DNA of 64,000 nt from Terriglobia bacterium (GTDB lineage: Bacteria; Acidobacteriota; Terriglobia; Terriglobales; Acidobacteriaceae). Both the position numbers and the translations under genes were made by a program. The stretch's first letter is position 1. Each line of letters starts with the position of its first letter. Under the pieces are notes generated by a model. That model was not told where the DNA came from, ran no database searches, and was given only the letters and a program-made list of their open reading frames with translations. Location of the stretch: assembly GCA_963760215.1 (NCBI GenBank), contig CAVXCJ010000002.1, positions 3,665,920 through 3,729,919 on the forward strand, given 5' to 3'. Shown in pieces: positions 52,400 through 60,445 of the stretch.

Positions 52400-52903
52400 A
52401 TGGCGGCGGAGGAATCTGTAATCGTGCAGACCGATAATTGGGCGGCGTTAATGGAGCAATTTGATAGTGGGGCTCCCATTCCGACGGCGAATTTGTCGGA
52501 CATGAAGCAGATGTGGGATGCCTCTCGTCGCATGCAACCGAAGCCCAATGCTGCGATGGGACTGGGCGGATACGCAGCGTACGGAGTCGATGCTTCGACC
52601 GGAGGCGCGGAGAAATTCATCCCGCTATGGTTGCGGCAGAATTTGCTGGCAGCGCTGGTTGGGTGCGGAGTTCTCAACGACTACCTGCATGGCGATGAAT
52701 TGGACGAGAAGGTAATCCGGGCAGCCGCCACCATGCCGTGCAACAAAGACGATTTGGCTGAGGCCGCGGTGCAACTCCGGCTTGCGCAATCCCCAGCGGA
52801 ACTCGTGGCACAAGCTAAAGAAGAGATGCGGGCAAAAGGTTACGACGCCGACAAACCAAGCATCGACGGCAAATTCCTCGCATGGATGCGTGATAACTGC
52901 TGA
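52400..52903 (+). CDS. Hypothetical protein (no recognisable domain)
   Basis: 167-aa ORF 15 nt after nrnA. GC content is visibly lower than its neighbours. Start uncertain (an alternative GTG at 52424 lies 11 nt after GGAGG). Confidence 0.45.
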   Translation: MAAEESVIVQTDNWAALMEQFDSGAPIPTANLSDMKQMWDASRRMQPKPNAAMGLGGYAAYGVDASTGGAEKFIPLWLRQNLLAALVGCGVLNDYLHGDELDEKVIRAAATMPCNKDDLAEAAVQLRLAQSPAELVAQAKEEMRAKGYDADKPSIDGKFLAWMRDNC

Positions 52904-53103
52904 CATCTCTTGTCGTCAGCAGAAAAGGACAGCAACACGGCGACAAAGGAACGCTTAGCCAGCCGGCCACGCGGTTCGCACGCGCACTTCCCCAGCGCCA
53001 CGCGCTCCTTACCTGGATGCATTCCTGCGCGCGCGCGTCGTTCTTCCTGCGCGCATGGGTAAAATGGTTGCGTGAGTCAATCTGTGATTCAGGCAGGGAG
53101 CAT

Positions 53104-54792
53104 GTGACCGATACCCGTGCCGCCGCTCCTGCCGCCCCCACCCAAGCCGCCGCCTGGACCGAACTGGTGACGCTGGCGGGTTTCTGCGCCTACCTGTTCT
53201 ACTTCGGGTTGGGAAGCTTCGGGCTGGTCGGCGCCGATGAGCCGAGGTACGCGCAGATCGCGCGCGAGATGCTCGCCCGCCACGACTGGATCACGCCCAC
53301 GCTCAACGGCCTGCCGTGGCTGGAAAAACCGGCGCTGTACTACTGGAGCGCCATGGTTTCTTACAAGCTGTTCGGGGTGAGCGACTGGGCGGCGCGCGTG
53401 CCCTCCGCCGTGTTCGCCACCGCGATGATCGCGGCCATGTATGGCTTCGTGCGGCGCTTCCAGGCCGGCATGCAACTCGATGCCGCGCTGATCGCGGCTT
53501 CTTTTGCGGCCGTGATCGGATTTGGCCGCGGCGCCTCCACCGACATGCCGCTGGCGGCGACGCTGACCCTGGGACTGCTCGCGTGGTACGCCTGGCGGGA
53601 GACCGGACGCAAACCGTGGCTGGCGATTTTCTACCTCATGATTGCGCTGGGCACGCTGGCCAAAGGTCCGGTCGCGCCGGCGCTGGCGGGCGCGATCATC
53701 GTTGTATTTGCCCTGATGCAACGGTCGGAAACCCGCGCCACACGCCTGATCGCGGACACAATGTGGATTCCGGGCGTGCTGCTGTTTTTCGCGGTCGCGC
53801 TGCCCTGGTATGTCGCAGTGCAAATGAAGACCCACCAGTTTTTCCAGGTGTTCATCCTGCAGCACAACCTGGAGCGCTTCGGAACCAACCTGTATCGCCA
53901 CCAGCAGCCCTACTGGTATTACGTACCGGTATTCCTGCTCGGCGTGCTGCCGTGGACGGTGTACGTACTGGCGGCCATTGTGGCAGCACTGCGCGGCACG
54001 ACGGGCCACGACGCGGCGCCGACGCTTGCCAACACACCCACATCTGCCAAAAACGGGCAGATGTGGGGCACCAACGCGTGGCGCGCGTTTCTGCTGCTGT
54101 GGATTGCGGCGCCGCTGGTGGTGTTCACGATTTCGCGGTCGAAACTGCCCGGTTACATTCTGCCTTCCGTTCCACCGTGCGCGCTGCTGCTTGCCGATTG
54201 GATGAGAACCCGCCGGGGCGAGCGCGCCGCTGCGCCGTTGGCCATTTTTCATTCTCTGGCGTGCGGACTGCTGCTCGGAGGAGCGCTGCTGGCGCCTTAC
54301 TTCATCGTGCGGATGCATCCGCCGGCGCAGGCAACCACCATCGCCGCTGCTGCCGCCGCGGTGATCGCCGTCGCCATGCTGGCCAGTTTGCGCTGGCAGG
54401 GCCTGCGCGTGCTCCGCTTTGTCACGCTGGTGCCGGTGGTGCTCGGGCTGGCATTCGTGCTGCGAGTGAGCGCGCCGGCCATTGACCGCACCCAATCGGC
54501 GCGGCCGGTAGCGCTTGAGCTGGCGCGGCTGGATACGCGCGGCGCACCGCTATCCGCGTTCAACGTCACCCGCGAGCTGGAGTATGGCCTGGATTTTTAC
54601 CGCAACCAGCCGCTGTTGCGCTACGAGCGCGGCGAGGTGCCTGCGGGCGGCCACCTGCTGATCGCGCGCTCCGGCTCGGAGCCGCAACTCGAGGCGCTGC
54701 TCGCGCCGCGGCGGCTGTCGCATGTGGGCAGCTTCGCCCCGCAGCATCTGGAGTTTTATTGGGTATCGTCGGGAGCGGCGCATCACCACTGA
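53104..54792 (+). CDS. Family-39 glycosyltransferase (ArnT/PMT-like), polytopic membrane protein
   Basis: 'GADEPRYAQIAREM' motif after TM1, then more than 10 TM helices. GTG start chosen (AGGGAG upstream); an in-frame ATG at 53017 is an alternative. Carries an in-frame hairpin repeat at 54037. Confidence 0.8.
   Translation: MTDTRAAAPAAPTQAAAWTELVTLAGFCAYLFYFGLGSFGLVGADEPRYAQIAREMLARHDWITPTLNGLPWLEKPALYYWSAMVSYKLFGVSDWAARVPSAVFATAMIAAMYGFVRRFQAGMQLDAALIAASFAAVIGFGRGASTDMPLAATLTLGLLAWYAWRETGRKPWLAIFYLMIALGTLAKGPVAPALAGAIIVVFALMQRSETRATRLIADTMWIPGVLLFFAVALPWYVAVQMKTHQFFQVFILQHNLERFGTNLYRHQQPYWYYVPVFLLGVLPWTVYVLAAIVAALRGTTGHDAAPTLANTPTSAKNGQMWGTNAWRAFLLLWIAAPLVVFTISRSKLPGYILPSVPPCALLLADWMRTRRGERAAAPLAIFHSLACGLLLGGALLAPYFIVRMHPPAQATTIAAAAAAVIAVAMLASLRWQGLRVLRFVTLVPVVLGLAFVLRVSAPAIDRTQSARPVALELARLDTRGAPLSAFNVTRELEYGLDFYRNQPLLRYERGEVPAGGHLLIARSGSEPQLEALLAPRRLSHVGSFAPQHLEFYWVSSGAAHHH
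54037..54072 (+). repeat. Hairpin repeat inside the GT39 CDS
   Basis: CCCACATCTGCC-AAAAACG-GGCAGATGTGGG-GCACC, encoding PTSAKNGQMWGT. Near-identical to the intergenic copy at 20271-20307. Confidence 0.9.
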
Positions 54793-54911
54793 GTTGTGAG
54801 AAATGCCAAACCTGGATTCCTCGCGGGCTGAAGCCCGCTCGGAATGACAAAGATCAAAGAGCTTGTCCGGCACGGCTGAAGCCGTGCCCTTCCCACAGTG
54901 CGCACAACTCA
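54790..54911 (+). repeat. MITE-like 122-bp unit bounded by 9-bp inverted repeats, carrying two tetraloop hairpins
   Basis: TGAGTTGTG (54790-54798, overlapping the GT39 stop) / CACAACTCA (54903-54911). Inside are GCGGGC-TGAA-GCCCGC and GGCACGGC-TGAA-GCCGTGCC. It is followed by AACTCAAAACTCAGAACTCG heptamers. Confidence 0.6.
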
Positions 54912-55036
54912 AAACTCAGAACTCGTTGCGCCCGGTGTTCCCCGGTTTGCTTCCGCAGTTCCCCGCGTCTAGACTTCCACGTTGCGTTAAACCGCGGTCG
55001 GCGTGGCTGGCATCGAATCCGGTAGTGGACTGAAGC

Positions 55037-56002
55037 GTGGAGATCCTCGATCTCAGGCATTTTTCGTCGTCGGACCTGCGTCCGCTGCTGGACGAAGAGG
55101 CACAGGTGTGGTCCAAGCTGCTGGCGTGGGACTACAGCAATTCGACGGAGATGATCCTGCGCTACATTGACGCGCGCATCCTGCCCGGCTACGCGGCGCT
55201 GGAGAAAGGCCGCATCTGCGGGTATGCGTTCTTCGTCTACGAGGGCAGCAAGGGAGTGATCGGCGATTTGTTTGTGGAAGGCGACGGCGTGCGCTACGCC
55301 AGTCCGACCGAACACCCGGTGGAAACGCGGCTGCTGACGCACGTCATCGAGACGCTGCAACAGTCACCGGGCATTCACCGCATCGAGGCGCAACTGCTGG
55401 TGCATCCGACGGGCGCGGTGGCGCGGCCGTTCCTGGAAGACGGCTTCCATCGCTATCCGCGCTTGTTCATGGTGCTGCCAATAGCGTCGAACGGGAACAA
55501 CGGGCAGGGCAGGCCGCCTTCCGTCCCCGAGGGAGTTGATATCCGGCGTTGGAGCGAACAGGACTACCAGGCGGCCGCGGCGGTGATCACGGCGGCCTAC
55601 CGCGGGCACATCGATTCCGAGATCAACGACCAGTACCGCACCATCGCCGGGTCGCTGCGGTTCCTGAACAATATCGTGCGTTTTCCCGGCTGCGGGCAGT
55701 TCGACGGCGGCTCATCCTTTATCGCCTATCACCGCCCTTCGCGAACCGCGGTGGGATTGATCCTGTGCTCGCGGGTGAAGAACGACGTCGGGCATATCAC
55801 GCAGGTGTGCGTCCTTCCCGAGCACCGCGGCAAGGGAATCGGCGAGGCGCTGCTGGCGGCGAACCTGCAGGACCTGAAGCACCGGCGATTTTCCATGCTG
55901 TCGCTGACCGTCACGGAAGCGAACAAATCGGCGGTGGAGCTGTATAAGCGCCTGGGCTACCACATCGAGCGGGTGTTTGACGCGTTTGTCTGGGAAGGGT
56001 GA
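55037..56002 (+). CDS. GNAT-family N-acetyltransferase (two-lobed)
   Basis: 321 aa, GTG start. C-terminal lobe 'VLPEHRGKGIGEALL...AVELYKRLGY' is the acetyl-CoA binding motif. Confidence 0.75.
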   Translation: MEILDLRHFSSSDLRPLLDEEAQVWSKLLAWDYSNSTEMILRYIDARILPGYAALEKGRICGYAFFVYEGSKGVIGDLFVEGDGVRYASPTEHPVETRLLTHVIETLQQSPGIHRIEAQLLVHPTGAVARPFLEDGFHRYPRLFMVLPIASNGNNGQGRPPSVPEGVDIRRWSEQDYQAAAAVITAAYRGHIDSEINDQYRTIAGSLRFLNNIVRFPGCGQFDGGSSFIAYHRPSRTAVGLILCSRVKNDVGHITQVCVLPEHRGKGIGEALLAANLQDLKHRRFSMLSLTVTEANKSAVELYKRLGYHIERVFDAFVWEG

Positions 56003-56259
56003 AGAAATTGCCGAATTGCCGAATTTGAGAATTGGCGAATTTTACGGCTCAATTCTGCAATTCTGCAATTCGTCAATGTCTGCAGCAGCCACATGGCCCA
56101 GCCGGCGCCGATCACGCCGACAATAAACAACGTGAAGCAATAGGCGCCGTAGCGCACCATGTCGCGCGGGGTGTTGCGTTGCGTGATGCCGAAGACCACG
56201 GAAGCGAAGAGGGCGAACAGCAGCGCGGCGGTGAAGTGCGACAAGTGCAGGGGGCTCAT
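55957..56259 (-). CDS. Small membrane protein (2 TM); C-terminal ~40 codons repeat-derived
   Basis: ATG overlaps the upstream stop (ATGA). MSPLHLSHFTAALLFALFASVVFG...FTLFIVGVIGAGWAMWLL. The tail reads through the 8-mer array, and the ORF's last 46 nt overlap the convergent GNAT gene. Confidence 0.5.
   Translation of the reverse strand: MSPLHLSHFTAALLFALFASVVFGITQRNTPRDMVRYGAYCFTLFIVGVIGAGWAMWLLQTLTNCRIAELSRKIRQFSNSAIRQFLHPSQTNASNTRSMW
56006..56078 (+). repeat. Periodic-arm hairpin, octamer AATTGCCG / CAATTCTG
   Basis: Left AATTGCCGAATTGCCGAATTTGAGAATTGGCGAATTTT. Right CTCAATTCTGCAATTCTGCAATTCGTCAATG. Confidence 0.9.
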
Positions 56260-56675
56260 GGTTTCTTCCCGATGGCGATGTGGTAAGCGTCCACGGCGCT
56301 GATGATGTTGAGCAGCCCGGCGACGATCAGGTACTTGGTGCCATAGTCGGCGGTGGCGCGTGCAATGTTGCCGGTGCCGGCATCGAGCGCCTTGCTGACA
56401 ATGTAGAGCGCGCCCGCGCCGACGTCGCCAATGAATCCGAGGACGTCGAGAATGTCGCCGGTGTTGGGCGAGTAGAGCTTGCCTTCCATCAGCAGGCCGA
56501 GCACGAACATCGCGACCACCGAAACCATCAGCAGCAGGCCGCGCGTCCAGCGTTTCTGCAGCAGGTGACCGGCGCCGGGAATCAGCCATCCCACCGCGGG
56601 CGCCACCACGGCCATGACGGCATTGGGCGCGGCCACCGCTTCGGCGCGCTCGATATTGGACTTGCTCGCGGCCAT
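56256..56675 (-). CDS. Membrane protein (3-4 TM), DUF6677-like
   Basis: 139 aa. 'GWLIPGAGHLLQKRWTRGLLLMV'. Its start overlaps the stop of the upstream M24 peptidase by 1 nt. Confidence 0.6.
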   Translation of the reverse strand: MAASKSNIERAEAVAAPNAVMAVVAPAVGWLIPGAGHLLQKRWTRGLLLMVSVVAMFVLGLLMEGKLYSPNTGDILDVLGFIGDVGAGALYIVSKALDAGTGNIARATADYGTKYLIVAGLLNIISAVDAYHIAIGKKP

Positions 56676-57847
56676 CAGATGATCACCAACTCGCTCTGCA
56701 CTTTCCCGGTGACCTCGGCGGCGCCCTTCCGCACCAGCACGTTCACCTCGCTGCGCACGCCGAATTCGGGCAGGTAAATTCCGGGTTCCACGGAGAAGCA
56801 GGTATTGGGCAGGACCAGCCGCTCGTCGTGGATTTCCAGATTATCCATGTTGGCGCCGTTGCCGTGGACTTCGGTGGCAATGGAATGGCCGGTGCGATGG
56901 ATGAAATATTTTCCGTAGCCGGCGGTTTCAATCACGTCGCGCGTCGCCTTGTCCACTTCCCATCCGGCGATCTTCTGTCCGGCGGAAATAGCGGACTTCA
57001 CCTTTTCCACGCCGGCATCGCGCGCTTGTTTCACCACCTCAAAAACCTCGCGCTGCTTCTGCGAGGGCGCCTTGCCGACGAAGCCCATCCAGGTGATGTC
57101 GTAGTAGACGGCGCCGGGCTTGTTCTGCTTCGCCCAGACGTCGAGCAGCACCAGGTCGCCCTCGCGGATGGGCGAATGATGCTCGGCGGAGGGGCCGTAA
57201 TGCGGGTTGCTGGCGTTGGCGTTGGCGGCGACGATGGGCAGGTCGTCGGTGACCAGGTCCTCGCGCTGGAACGACTCGGCGAAAAACTTCTGGATGTCGA
57301 ATTCGTTGGTGCCGCCGTTGCGCACGCGGCGCCCGATTTCCTGGAAGGCGGCGGCCGTGATCGCATCCACCTTCTTGCCGGCGGCGAAATGGGTTTCGAT
57401 CTGTTCGTCGAGCAACGTGGCCTCGAAGCGCGACACCAGGTCGGCGGAGCTGACGATGTTCTTGCCAAAGCTGCGTATCAGTTCCACCGTGCCGGCGTCC
57501 ACCAGCGAGACCGTGAACACGATGTTATTGGGCGAATACTGCATGGCGAGGTTGCGGTACGGCGCCAGCATGGACTTGAGATTTTCGAACAGCTCCTGCC
57601 AGCCCGAGTACTCGCGCTTGGTGCCGGGCAGAGAGTCGAGATGGCCGGCCTCGATGCGATGCACCAGCTTGCGCGGCTCGCCCTCGGCGGGCACAACGTA
57701 ATACCAGCGCCGGGTGACCATCAGGTGCTCGGGAACTCCGAGCACGCGATAGGCAATGGCGTCGCGGTGGTGGTGGTCGTAAAACAGCCACGCATCGATT
57801 TTCTGCTCGCGCAGGGCGGCTTGAATGGCGGGAAGGTCCATGGGCAA
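56675..57847 (-). CDS. M24-family metallopeptidase (Xaa-Pro aminopeptidase type)
   Basis: 390 aa. 'DITWMGF', 'HRTGHSI', 'SVEPGIY', 'VRSEVNV' are pita-bread metal-ligand regions. Confidence 0.85.
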   Translation of the reverse strand: MPMDLPAIQAALREQKIDAWLFYDHHHRDAIAYRVLGVPEHLMVTRRWYYVVPAEGEPRKLVHRIEAGHLDSLPGTKREYSGWQELFENLKSMLAPYRNLAMQYSPNNIVFTVSLVDAGTVELIRSFGKNIVSSADLVSRFEATLLDEQIETHFAAGKKVDAITAAAFQEIGRRVRNGGTNEFDIQKFFAESFQREDLVTDDLPIVAANANASNPHYGPSAEHHSPIREGDLVLLDVWAKQNKPGAVYYDITWMGFVGKAPSQKQREVFEVVKQARDAGVEKVKSAISAGQKIAGWEVDKATRDVIETAGYGKYFIHRTGHSIATEVHGNGANMDNLEIHDERLVLPNTCFSVEPGIYLPEFGVRSEVNVLVRKGAAEVTGKVQSELVII

Positions 57848-57868
57848 AAATCTATTGTATCGGACACA

Positions 57869-58096
57869 TTACGATTTCTGCGAATCCTGCACTTGACGCT
57901 CCAGGCGGCGGATCGAATCGTCGGTTTCGCGCAGGAACCCCGAGGATTCGACCGCGCCGAGTTGGTGCTCGAAGGCCGGCACGAACAGCGGCCGGTGTTC
58001 GAACATCATGCGCTTGAGCGCTTCAAGGTGCAGCTTGAGTTCGCGGATTTGTTTTTGTTGGGCAAGGAGAAGTTCGTAGATCGCAGTTTCATTCAT
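57869..58096 (-). CDS. Small hypothetical coiled-coil protein
   Basis: 75-aa ORF 21 nt upstream of the M24 gene on the same strand, with heptad-like hydrophobic pattern. No family recognised. Confidence 0.45.
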   Translation of the reverse strand: MNETAIYELLLAQQKQIRELKLHLEALKRMMFEHRPLFVPAFEHQLGAVESSGFLRETDDSIRRLERQVQDSQKS

Positions 58097-58132
58097 AGGA
58101 TTTGTAGGATCAGCCCGGATTCTCTATCTGCC

Positions 58133-58240
58133 GTCCCCTTCGACTGCGCTCAGGGCAGGCTCTACGGGACTCTGAACATTTTTCGAACAGCTTCCCCGGC
58201 ACTTACGTGCCGGGCTAGGTTCTACCGCCCCTTCGGGGCT
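58133..58240 (+). repeat. Repeat block (core + two mini-hairpins)
   Basis: CCCTTCGACTGCGCTCAGGGCAGGCTC (58136-58162), CCGGCAC-TTAC-GTGCCGG (58196-58213), GCCCC-TTC-GGGGC (58228-58240). Confidence 0.8.
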
Positions 58241-58251
58241 CTCGTTACGAG

Positions 58252-59037
58252 CTACAAGCCAGCAGCCGCTTTTGCCAGCACCTTGGCTCGCGTTTCCGCC
58301 GGCAACGTTTCGCAGGCGGTGCGCAGCACCAGCCGCGGCGCGCGCACGCGCAGTTTCATCAGCAGTTTCACCGCGTTGGCGGCGTCGGCCTTGGCGTACT
58401 CGCGCAACAGCCACCCGAGGCCTTTCTGCACCATATCATCATCATCGGCGTCGTTCAGCAGCATTGCCGACAGCCGGGCAATCTCGCTGCGAAACATCCG
58501 CCGGCGGGCGCCCCGGATCAGCGCCACCGCCGAGGCGCGGCGGCGCCAGCGGTTGCGCGAGCGCGCCCAAACGAAGACGAACCGCACCCGCGAGGGTTCG
58601 TCCACGATCATGGGACCGATGAGGTAATGCAGGAGCGCGTCGTGGTCCGCCCAGCTCGACACGCGATCGAGCCACTGGTCGAACAGCCGGAATTGTTTCG
58701 GGCCGAAGTCGGGCACGGATTTTTCCAACAGCATCACCGCCATGTTTTTTTCTTCCAGCACGCGGCCGCGAAAGAGCTGGTCGGCGACGGAAACCAGGTA
58801 GTCGAGCCCGTGTTCGTCCAGCAGCACGCGGTGGAAGCGGTACGCAACCTTGCGCAGCTCGGCGGTGTACCAGCCGCGGGAAGCGACCTCCTCCTTGAAA
58901 AATCGCTGTACCTCTTCCGAGTGCGGCGCCGAAGCTCCGTCCACCAGCACGCGGCGGACATGGTCGGCCATGTAGGCGGGAGGTTTCATCCTGCTCATCA
59001 TGATAAATGGGTTGTTGAGCGGTTGTGTTCTGCTCAA
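58252..59037 (-). CDS. DNA alkylation repair protein (AlkD-like HEAT-repeat family)
   Basis: 261 aa. 'VQKGLGWLLREY' and the overall helical-repeat pattern resemble PF08713 proteins. Alternative start at 59001 (MMSRMKPP). Confidence 0.6.
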   Translation of the reverse strand: MSRTQPLNNPFIMMSRMKPPAYMADHVRRVLVDGASAPHSEEVQRFFKEEVASRGWYTAELRKVAYRFHRVLLDEHGLDYLVSVADQLFRGRVLEEKNMAVMLLEKSVPDFGPKQFRLFDQWLDRVSSWADHDALLHYLIGPMIVDEPSRVRFVFVWARSRNRWRRRASAVALIRGARRRMFRSEIARLSAMLLNDADDDDMVQKGLGWLLREYAKADAANAVKLLMKLRVRAPRLVLRTACETLPAETRAKVLAKAAAGL

Positions 59038-59058
59038 CCGCTCCTATACATTGCCCCC

Positions 59059-60333
59059 ATGGTTTCTCGCCGCGAAGTTTTGAGGTTGGGCGCAGTCGCC
59101 GCCGGAACATCTTTCCTGCCGTTGACCGCCATTAGTGAGCAGACAGCCGCGCAGCCAGCGTCCATCCAGGCGCTCAAGTCCATGCGCGACCAGGCCCGCC
59201 CGATTACGGGTGACGAGCGCCGGCTACGCATCGAGCGCGCACGCCAACTCATGGCCGCCAACAGGCTTGACGCCATCTTCATGATCGGCGGCAGCTCGCT
59301 CCTCTATTTCGCCAATGTCAGTTGGTGGAACAGCGAGCGCCTGGGCGCGCTGGTGCTTCCCGCCAAAGGCGAACCGTTTTTTGTCGCACCCGCGTTCGAA
59401 GAGGAACGGCTGAGGGAGCAACTCGCGAATGGGCCGTTCGACAGCAAGGCCGACGTGCGGGTCTGGCAGGAAGACGAAGACCCATATCGTCTCGTTGCGC
59501 AAGGACTGAAGGACCGCGGCATCTCGGCGGGCACGCTGGGCATGGAAGAACGGGTGACATTCGTGTTCAGCAACGGCGTGGCGCAGGCGGCGCCGGCGCT
59601 TAAGATGGTGAGCGCGACCCCGGTCACGGCTGGGTGCCGCATGGCGAAATCGGCGCACGAACTCGAGCTGATGAAGCTGGCCAACCAGGCGACATGGACG
59701 GTGTATCGCGCCGTCTATCAGGCGATGCAGCCGGGCATGACGCAGCGCGATGTCGGCGCGCTGATTACCGCTGCGTACGGCAATGTCGGTTTCCGCGGAG
59801 GCGCAAGCGTGCAGGTGGGCGAATACACCGCGCTGCCACATGGCTCGCGCACCGCGCAAGTCATCCACGAAGGCATGCCGATCATGATTGACGATGGATG
59901 CACGGTGGAGGGCTACAACTCCGACATCACGCGCACCTTCGTGCTCGGTAAAGCCAGCGACCAGCAGAAGCGCGTGTTCGAACTGGTGCAGCGGGCGCAG
60001 CAAGCGGCGCTGGCGGCGGCGCGCCCGGGCGTGGCGTGCGAAGCCGTGGACGCGGCCGCGCGCACAGTCATCACCGGCGCCGGATACGGCCCGGGGTATA
60101 AATTTTTCGGGCACCGCGTGGGCCACGGTATCGGCATGGACGGCCACGAATGGCCGTACCTGGTGCATGGCAACACCCTTCCACTGGCGCCGGGCATGAC
60201 GTTCAGCGATGAGCCGGGCATCTACATTCGCGGCGAATTCGGCGTGCGGCTGGAGGACGATATCTACGTCACCACCGAGGGCGCGGAGATGTTCACCACC
60301 CCCAGCCCGTCCATCGAGCACCCGTTCGGCTGA
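59059..60333 (+). CDS. M24-family Xaa-Pro dipeptidase with Tat-like signal
   Basis: 424 aa from MVSRREVLRLGAVAAG. 'HRVGHGIGMDGHE' and 'SDEPGIY'. The upstream 144 codons of the ORF are antisense to the alkD-like gene. Confidence 0.85.
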   Translation: MVSRREVLRLGAVAAGTSFLPLTAISEQTAAQPASIQALKSMRDQARPITGDERRLRIERARQLMAANRLDAIFMIGGSSLLYFANVSWWNSERLGALVLPAKGEPFFVAPAFEEERLREQLANGPFDSKADVRVWQEDEDPYRLVAQGLKDRGISAGTLGMEERVTFVFSNGVAQAAPALKMVSATPVTAGCRMAKSAHELELMKLANQATWTVYRAVYQAMQPGMTQRDVGALITAAYGNVGFRGGASVQVGEYTALPHGSRTAQVIHEGMPIMIDDGCTVEGYNSDITRTFVLGKASDQQKRVFELVQRAQQAALAAARPGVACEAVDAAARTVITGAGYGPGYKFFGHRVGHGIGMDGHEWPYLVHGNTLPLAPGMTFSDEPGIYIRGEFGVRLEDDIYVTTEGAEMFTTPSPSIEHPFG

Positions 60334-60336
60334 GCG

Positions 60337-60367
60337 AGTCTTCGGTCGTCAGTCTTCAGTCGTTAGC
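60337..60367 (+). repeat. Tandem heptamer array (AGTCKTC units)
   Basis: AGTCTTCGGTCGTCAGTCTTCAGTCGTTAGC starts 4 nt after the stop codon at 60333. Confidence 0.85.
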
Positions 60368-60445
60368 AAGCCGGAATCCCGGATTGTGGATGGCTGGCTG
60401 AACCACCGGGCCCCAAACCGGCGCTAGTGATAGGCGCGGAATTAT

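Noticed and set aside
58627-59058. 144-codon upstream extension of the second M24 peptidase ORF
   Set aside because: It is antisense to the AlkD-like gene. A Tat-type signal peptide begins at the ATG at 59059.
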